From assembly GCA_038740615.1 (NCBI GenBank), contig JAVYLQ010000018.1, positions 1-11,233 on the forward strand: a DNA stretch of 11,233 nt, given 5' to 3'. Under the pieces are notes generated by a model. It had not been told where the DNA came from, did no database searches, and worked only from the letters and a program-made list of their open reading frames with translations. The position numbers were made by a program, and so were the translations under genes. This document shows, piece after piece, positions 1 to 5,262 of this stretch. Positions within the stretch are counted from its first letter, which is position 1; each line of letters opens with the position of its first letter. This DNA comes from Candidatus Anstonellales archaeon. Its GTDB lineage: Archaea; Micrarchaeota; Micrarchaeia; Anstonellales; J096.

Positions 1-351
1 ATAATACTCAAGTATCATTCTCTTGAATTCATGTTCATATTGATGTAAATCCTGATCCAACATTATAGATACGGTTACTCTGTTCAGATCCTTGAGTTCT
101 GCCTTTTCAATCTCAACAATATCCCCTGATGATACATTCAGATTCTTTCTGAAAACTCCATCTAGAGCTATCTGGTCAGGATCTATTCTCATTGGCCATG
201 CAATTCCATGAGTTATCTGATTACCCTTTGTAACTCTTATAATTTCACCTGGGTGGATCTCCAAGCCATCCATAGTCTTCTTGTTCAGACCTATCAACAT
301 CCTACCCATATAACTCTTATCTGCCATTACCACTTTCAATTCTATTTTCAT
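1..351 (-). CDS. cdc48: CDC48/VCP-family AAA+ ATPase, N-terminal domain (partial; runs off the left edge)
   Basis: Not in the ORF track; translated by hand from ATG at 351: MKIELKVVMADKSYMGRMLIGLNKKTMDGLEIHPGEIIRVTKGNQITHGIAWPMRIDPDQIALDGVFRKNLNVSSGDIVEIEKAELKDLNRVTVSIM..., open to base 1. It matches the double-psi beta-barrel N-domain pattern of archaeal CDC48 (L-K-V...GR...M..L.I.PG.II...AWP...I..DG..R.N..V..GD.V.I.KA). The ATPase domains lie outside the window. Confidence 0.82.
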   Translation of the reverse strand, partial: MKIELKVVMADKSYMGRMLIGLNKKTMDGLEIHPGEIIRVTKGNQITHGIAWPMRIDPDQIALDGVFRKNLNVSSGDIVEIEKAELKDLNRVTVSIMLDQDLHQYEHEFKRMILEYY

Positions 352-400
352 ATTTATCCCCCAATAAAATAGAATAAAATAAGTTTTAAAAGCTTATGGA
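352..400 (-). promoter_or_regulatory. Putative cdc48 promoter (TATA box TTTTAAAA at 391-384) and G-rich SD-like leader
   Basis: The minus strand reads ...GCTTTTAAAACTTATTTTATTCTATTTTATTGGGGGATAAAT-ATG. The TATA-like box is 33-40 nt upstream of the ATG, and GGGGGA lies just before the start. Confidence 0.5.
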
Positions 401-1089
401 ATTATTCTGAAGTATACTCTCCTGTTGGATTTACCCTTATTCTCCATTTTAACAATCTCTATCTTTCCTATTTCTGATAATTCTCTCACATGAGTTCCCC
501 CATCTGCTTGTATATCCACCCCTTCAATCTCTACGATCCTAACTCGTTCCAATTTTTCTAAAAAATCTCTCTTATATAATTTTACTAAATCCGGTCTATT
601 TAATGCCTCCTCTCTACTAATATAATACACCCTAACTCTAGCGTTTCTAGCTATAATCTCATTAGCTTCTCTTACAGCTCTCTCCATCAGCTCCCTATCA
701 AAATCCTCTATATTAAAATCAAACCTGGATATATCCTCATCTAATTGATTTCCAGTAATCATTGCCCCATATTTGCCATACATAACTCCACCAGCCAGCA
801 CATGTGCTGCAGTATGCATTCTCATTAACCTATATCTTCTTTCCCAGTCAATAACCATTCTAACTCTACCTTCTGTCACAGATCCTTCTACTACATGTAT
901 TACATCATTCCCTTCCTTGTATACATCTATTACTCTGGCACTACCAATATACCCTGTATCATTAGGTTGCCCACCACCTCTGGGATAGAATATAGTTCTA
1001 TCTAGTATCACATGATTGCCCTCTACTCTAATAACCTGGCCTTCTAGTTCTCTAATATAGCTATCATCTAGATAAACGAGTTCAGTCAT
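394..1089 (-). CDS. alaX: AlaX (AlaXp, AlaX-M type) trans-editing aminoacyl-tRNA deacylase
   Basis: N-terminal T..VY..DSY and LDRTIFYPRGGGQP.DTG; zinc-binding HTAAH (816-802); C-terminal DIQADGGTHV...EIG...ENKGK.NRR. The ORF track starts at 1122, but the family-typical start is MTELVY at ATG 1089 (231 aa). Confidence 0.93.
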   Translation of the reverse strand: MTELVYLDDSYIRELEGQVIRVEGNHVILDRTIFYPRGGGQPNDTGYIGSARVIDVYKEGNDVIHVVEGSVTEGRVRMVIDWERRYRLMRMHTAAHVLAGGVMYGKYGAMITGNQLDEDISRFDFNIEDFDRELMERAVREANEIIARNARVRVYYISREEALNRPDLVKLYKRDFLEKLERVRIVEIEGVDIQADGGTHVRELSEIGKIEIVKMENKGKSNRRVYFRIIP

Positions 1090-1114
1090 GCAATCAATAT
1101 CTTTAGATATCTTT

Positions 1115-1423
1115 TTATTCACTACAGAAAAAAATTTTAGAGATCTTCCCAGATAGGTTCATATAACGGTATATACAATCCCTACCACTAGGATGCGTAT
1201 CTATGAGTATCGTTCTACCTAAGTACTCCATACTATCAGAACCAGATATAGTGTATGAATTCTGTTCTATGTATCTCTGACTAGCTTCCAATAATAGTAA
1301 TTTGATCTTCAGATGTTCCTGCCTTCTGATTTCAAACTCAGTATATCCGATGTAATAGTAATAAATAATATATAAGACATTCAAGATAATCGTGAAAATT
1401 AGCAGAGTTTCAACAATCCTCAT
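1115..1423 (-). CDS. Hypothetical protein with one N-terminal hydrophobic helix (102 aa)
   Basis: Fills the gap between neighbours on the same strand and overlaps the upstream gene by 14 nt. It has an N-terminal hydrophobic segment (IVETLLIFTIILNVLYIIYYYYI) and a C-terminal Cys pair. No family recognised. Confidence 0.7.
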   Translation of the reverse strand: MRIVETLLIFTIILNVLYIIYYYYIGYTEFEIRRQEHLKIKLLLLEASQRYIEQNSYTISGSDSMEYLGRTILIDTHPSGRDCIYRYMNLSGKISKIFFCSE

Positions 1424-1643
1424 CTAACTCTAGAACCCCATATTTATTCTTCTTAAAGACTCTAGCTATATTCCTTACTTGCTCTAGATATATATCACCA
1501 TAAACTCTATTCATACAGGAACTATAGTAATATCTAAACTCTAGTAGATCCAGATCAGATTTGTAGGAAAACAACTTGAGTTCAATTAGAATTATTAGAA
1601 GGGATATGAGTATTAGATATTCTACAACCTCATATATCAGCAT
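1410..1643 (-). CDS. Hypothetical small protein with one N-terminal hydrophobic helix (77 aa)
   Basis: Overlaps bud32 by 14 nt and the downstream ORF by 14 nt. It has an N-terminal hydrophobic segment (YLILISLLIILI) and two Cys. No family recognised. Confidence 0.65.
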   Translation of the reverse strand: MLIYEVVEYLILISLLIILIELKLFSYKSDLDLLEFRYYYSSCMNRVYGDIYLEQVRNIARVFKKNKYGVLELDEDC

Positions 1644-2175
1644 ATCTAGCTCTAGATCTTATTTCGTGAATTCTTGCAATCACAGCAGGATCCGGATGAT
1701 AAGATTCTAGTATCACATCTTCGTAATCCACTGCTTGCGATATAGCTACTAATATATCACTAGCTATATCCTCTAGTTTCTTACTGTAAAAACTCAAACC
1801 GAAATCTATAATATAATATCTCTCCCCATCGTAGAGAATGTTATAAACTGATAGATCATAATGAATTATACCATTATCATGGAGTTTCCTAAGCATCTTG
1901 CCAATGTATAATGCAATTTCCCTATCCAGCTCTGGGTTATCCCCATCTATATATTCCATCTCAAATTGATATGTGGATTTTGATATAGGTCTAGGTACAT
2001 TCATCTCCCCATATAGTTTCCTAAGAATATTATATTCAGTAGTGGTCCTAATCTTCCTTAACTTCTCATCCAGATCAATTTCCATATACTCCCTCCTAAC
2101 CCTATCTTTTATCACTACATTCCTGGATCTATCTAAGTATATATAACTTTCACTTCCTCTTGCCAATAATTCCAC
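1630..2175 (-). CDS. bud32: KEOPS complex kinase/ATPase Bud32 (stand-alone)
   Basis: RGSES (cf. GAEA) loop, VIK-x-R, LDEKLRKIRTTTE, VP..., MEYIDG, LHDNGIIHYDLSVYN catalytic loop, IIDFGL and C-terminal EIRSRARY (cf. EIEKRGRY). The track start GTG at 2184 lies inside a perfect SD (GAGGTGA, 2187-2181), so the in-frame GTG at 2175 (MELLARGSES, 181 aa) is the likelier start. Confidence 0.92.
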   Translation of the reverse strand: MELLARGSESYIYLDRSRNVVIKDRVRREYMEIDLDEKLRKIRTTTEYNILRKLYGEMNVPRPISKSTYQFEMEYIDGDNPELDREIALYIGKMLRKLHDNGIIHYDLSVYNILYDGERYYIIDFGLSFYSKKLEDIASDILVAISQAVDYEDVILESYHPDPAVIARIHEIRSRARYADI

Positions 2176-3046
2176 TAATTTCACCTCTTAACTCATCCAG
2201 ACGATAGTGAGATATAATCATCTGAAACATCTCCCTATCTTTACCACTCAATTCTGGATCCTTACCAGCTATGTACAGTGTTATAATACTGGCTATCATC
2301 TCTGAGATATTGGTATGTGGATGTCCTACTTTTGTATCGAAATATTTGCTCTCTGCGAATCTATGTGGATTTCTATATAAGTATAATGAAGCTTCTAACA
2401 CATTATGGTTGTTAAACATTGATATTACGTGAGAGAATTCATGCAACAATTCCATAAACCTATCCTTATTACCTACTACCATCCTATTATCATTCAATAT
2501 AACGCTAGGTATTGGAAGATCTACTAGTATCACGTCAAAAGGCAATAATTTGAATCTAGTATCAGAAGCAAGTTTGCTTATATGCTTATCTAGTGCTGTT
2601 AACAATCTATGTACATCCTCAGATCTCTCTGATTCCGCTATCAATCTAAAATTGCTGTATTGATATTCGTAATATCTTTCTCTGACTCTAAATGTACGTC
2701 GAATATTATTCTTAACAATCATATAATGGCTGTTTGGAGCAGAGAATGGTAAGAAGGATTTTCCACTAAGATTAAAAGGAGCTCTAGATTCCATGATTAT
2801 AACGTTATTTGAATAGCTATTCCAATCCCCCTTCTCCTTCTTGAATAGAATACTAGATCCACTAGTTATTAATCCTAATAGATAATTTCGATTATCTCTC
2901 CTTGGATAAGTATACTCAATAACAAGTCCGGTAGCTCTCTCATCGATTACCTTTATCTCAGGTATTCTGTAAGATGAATTGATCACTACTATCAATCCTG
3001 CTATAACTGCAGCTCCAGATCCTACCAATACTTGATTTGTAATCAT
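2150..3046 (-). CDS. Hypothetical N-terminally membrane-anchored protein with a zincin-like HExxH motif (putative metallopeptidase)
   Basis: 298-aa ORF with a hydrophobic N-terminus (VLVGSGAAVIAGLIVVI), LLHEFSHVI (2443-2429) and downstream HPHTNISEMIAS, which could supply a third-ligand Glu. The CDS is well supported; the function is inferred from motifs only. Confidence 0.6.
   Translation of the reverse strand: MITNQVLVGSGAAVIAGLIVVINSSYRIPEIKVIDERATGLVIEYTYPRRDNRNYLLGLITSGSSILFKKEKGDWNSYSNNVIIMESRAPFNLSGKSFLPFSAPNSHYMIVKNNIRRTFRVRERYYEYQYSNFRLIAESERSEDVHRLLTALDKHISKLASDTRFKLLPFDVILVDLPIPSVILNDNRMVVGNKDRFMELLHEFSHVISMFNNHNVLEASLYLYRNPHRFAESKYFDTKVGHPHTNISEMIASIITLYIAGKDPELSGKDREMFQMIISHYRLDELRGEISGIIGKRK
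2181..2187 (-). promoter_or_regulatory. Shine-Dalgarno sequence for bud32
   Basis: The minus strand reads GAGGTGA-AATTA-GTG: a canonical archaeal SD, 5 nt before an in-frame GTG. Confidence 0.7.
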
Positions 3047-3058
3047 GAGTATTAATTG

Positions 3059-3084
3059 GATTTATGATTTTAAAAACTTCCTTC
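3059..3084. promoter_or_regulatory. Putative bidirectional TATA box (palindromic TTTTAAAA, 3068-3075) for the two divergent gene runs
   Basis: The box is centred about 26 nt from both the minus-strand ATG at 3046 and the plus-strand ATG at 3098. The minus-strand upstream flank is purine-rich (GAAGGAAG), like a BRE. Confidence 0.6.
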
Positions 3085-3097
3085 CTATATGGAATTC

Positions 3098-3622
3098 ATG
3101 CTATTTGTAACTTCTAACATACATAAATTCAATGAGGCCAAACATATTATCCCATCTCTACAAATGCACAGGATGGATCTCAATGAGCCCCAAGATACTA
3201 TAGATGTAATCGCCATGACAAAGGCATTACAGGCATATTCTAAACTCAAACAACCTCTCGTTGTAGAGGATACTGGATTGTTTCTGAATGCACTATCTGG
3301 ATTTCCGGGTGAGTATAGTGTTTGGTTACACAAACGATTAGGATGCAAAGGGGTGTTAGATCTATTAAGAGATAAGCAGGACAGATCTGGTAGAATGGTT
3401 ACTGTGGTAGCATATGCTGATGATAGCGGGATAAGATTATTCAGAGGAGTTCTAGAGGTTGAGATATCTGATAGAGAGAGGGGGGAAGGATTTGGATTTG
3501 ATCCTATACTGATACCAAAAGGACAATCATTCACTCTTGCAGAGAGACCTGATTTCAAACTAGATTACTCTCATAGAGCATTAGCTTTCAAACAGCTGAA
3601 GAGATATGTTTTTAAAAAATAA
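3098..3622 (+). CDS. rdgB: RdgB/HAM1-family non-canonical purine NTP pyrophosphatase (dITP/XTP pyrophosphatase)
   Basis: FVTSNIHKFNE, EPQ, VVEDTGLFLNALSGFPG, GEGFGFDPI and SHR signature motifs. The track start is 3089; ATG 3098 fits the promoter spacing better. Confidence 0.95.
   Translation: MLFVTSNIHKFNEAKHIIPSLQMHRMDLNEPQDTIDVIAMTKALQAYSKLKQPLVVEDTGLFLNALSGFPGEYSVWLHKRLGCKGVLDLLRDKQDRSGRMVTVVAYADDSGIRLFRGVLEVEISDRERGEGFGFDPILIPKGQSFTLAERPDFKLDYSHRALAFKQLKRYVFKK
3601..3619 (+). promoter_or_regulatory. Putative cdc6 promoter (BRE/TATA) embedded in the 3' end of rdgB
   Basis: GAGATATGTTTTTAAAAAA. The 16-mer starts 39 nt before ATG 3640 and is 15/16 identical to the element 39 nt before the aIF2beta ATG. 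Confidence 0.55.
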
Positions 3623-3639
3623 ATCATGTTATGAGTAGG

Positions 3640-4758
3640 ATGAAAGTTATAAACAGAGCTGTTCTAAGTCCCCAATATCTCCCATCAAATCTACCATACC
3701 GAGAGAAAGAGATAGAGATTATATCCAAGTATCTTGAGAGATTTGATCAGGGAGAACAGATGCCAAACATAATCATATATGGTCCCACCGGTTCTGGTAA
3801 AACATCTGTTATAAAGTATATAATCAGGCATCGATCATTTAAGAATATCGATGTAGTCTACCTAAATGCTCGACTCTATAACACTTCTTATAAGATCCTA
3901 TCTAAGGTTACCGAGGATGAGGAAAAATTAGGATATCCTATATCCTATTTCATAGCTAGATTGAAGAACAGATCAAAAAATCTTGTTCTAGTAATAGATG
4001 AGGCTGATTTTGTCAGAGATATTGATGATCTACTATATACCCTCTCCAGAATAGATGATGGGTTCAATATAGCTATAGCTATGATTCTGATCACTAACTC
4101 AATACAGTTAAAATCTAAATTAGATCCAAGAACACTATCATCTCTTAATGATATAGAGCTATTCTTTAAACCATATTCTGCCGAACAGTTAAAAGATATA
4201 CTCAAGACTAGAGTTGAGATGGCTATCGATGGAGAATATGATATAGGAGCCATAGCCAAGATAGCTGCATTAGCAACAGCTGAGAGTGGTGATGCAAGAT
4301 ACGCACTCAAGTTGCTATCTAGAGCACTAGAGATCTGTGAAACTGAGAATGCAAACAAATTAACAATAGATCATGTAGATAGGGCAGTGGATATGATAGA
4401 ATTTGATGTGGTTGCAGAGGCTATAAGAGCGATGCCTATGAATATACAGATAGTATTATACTCAATAGCTAAGTCACTATCCGGAAAGCAGAAAGATCTC
4501 TTTGAATCAACACTCCAGGATATGCTATCCATATCAGAATTATACAATAATTATATAAAAATCTCCGAAAGTGTATTTGGTAGAAAAGCTAAGAGTCTAA
4601 AATGGTTTAAACATTATCTATCTGAATTGGAAAATCTGGGATTTATATCTCTTATTGCTGTAAAAACCAAGAGCAGAGAAATTGTATCTTATGTGAGATT
4701 GGGAATGAATCACAAAGATATTTTAAAGTATTTTGAGAAATATATTGGGATAAAATGA
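3640..4758 (+). CDS. cdc6: Orc1/Cdc6 family replication initiator (AAA+ and winged helix)
   Basis: LSPQYLP..LPYREKEI, Walker A GPTGSGKT, Walker B VLVIDEAD, LDPRTLSSL, FKPYSAEQLKDILKTR, sensor 2 GDARYAL and winged-helix LSELENLGFI. The track start is 3631; ATG 3640 fits the promoter spacing. Confidence 0.95.
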   Translation: MKVINRAVLSPQYLPSNLPYREKEIEIISKYLERFDQGEQMPNIIIYGPTGSGKTSVIKYIIRHRSFKNIDVVYLNARLYNTSYKILSKVTEDEEKLGYPISYFIARLKNRSKNLVLVIDEADFVRDIDDLLYTLSRIDDGFNIAIAMILITNSIQLKSKLDPRTLSSLNDIELFFKPYSAEQLKDILKTRVEMAIDGEYDIGAIAKIAALATAESGDARYALKLLSRALEICETENANKLTIDHVDRAVDMIEFDVVAEAIRAMPMNIQIVLYSIAKSLSGKQKDLFESTLQDMLSISELYNNYIKISESVFGRKAKSLKWFKHYLSELENLGFISLIAVKTKSREIVSYVRLGMNHKDILKYFEKYIGIK

Positions 4759-5261
4759 AATATTTATTCCTGGCACTCATTCTTCTGATCTCAGGTTGTT
4801 TGCAACCTGTACAATTTACAAGAGACTGTAGCAAAATTAAGGATGTATCTATAGGCATGAATTGTTATAGAGAACAAGCGTATTATAGAGCAGCTATTGG
4901 AGATGTATCCGGAGCTCTTCAGAGTTGTAGAGAAATACAGAAATATCTGTTCTCTTTTGATCATATATCTGTATCTATATATGCATTTGATAAGACCCTA
5001 GCGGATCTCACCAGAGTTCTGTTTGTCAGTGATAATTATAACAACTGCATTCTGAATGTAGCAAGATTGGCTAGAGATGAGAGTATATGTAGTAATATGG
5101 TTACTACCTCTGATCTAATCAGATTCATACCAGCACTGGCAACATTTATAGATCAAATAATTCCAGTAACAGTTTCCTCAGAAGAGATGTGTAGGATAGA
5201 TGTGAGATCAATATCAGCAAGATACGGAGTTATAAAACCATTTGATAAATATATAGAATGA
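4755..5261 (+). CDS. Putative lipoprotein / surface protein with Cys-pair helical repeats
   Basis: Signal peptide MKYLFLALILLISGC ends in a lipobox-like LISG-C15. Six further Cys follow a C-x2-I...C-x4-A pattern. ATGA overlap with the cdc6 stop region; ends 1 nt before polB. Confidence 0.75.
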   Translation: MKYLFLALILLISGCLQPVQFTRDCSKIKDVSIGMNCYREQAYYRAAIGDVSGALQSCREIQKYLFSFDHISVSIYAFDKTLADLTRVLFVSDNYNNCILNVARLARDESICSNMVTTSDLIRFIPALATFIDQIIPVTVSSEEMCRIDVRSISARYGVIKPFDKYIE

Positions 5262-5262
5262 A

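Noticed and set aside
773..988. 71-aa plus-strand ORF
   Set aside because: Antisense shadow of alaX with no recognisable motifs.
1115..1643. Small ORFs after bud32 as the KEOPS subunits Pcc1 or Cgi121
   Set aside because: Both have N-terminal transmembrane-like helices, whereas Pcc1 and Cgi121 are soluble, and I see no sequence resemblance.
3085..3558. 157-aa minus-strand ORF
   Set aside because: Antisense shadow of rdgB; its Ser/Leu/Ile-rich composition is typical of a reverse-frame artefact.
3945..4858. Minus-strand ORFs 3945-4358 and 4652-4858
   Set aside because: Antisense to cdc6 and the lipoprotein gene, with no independent support.
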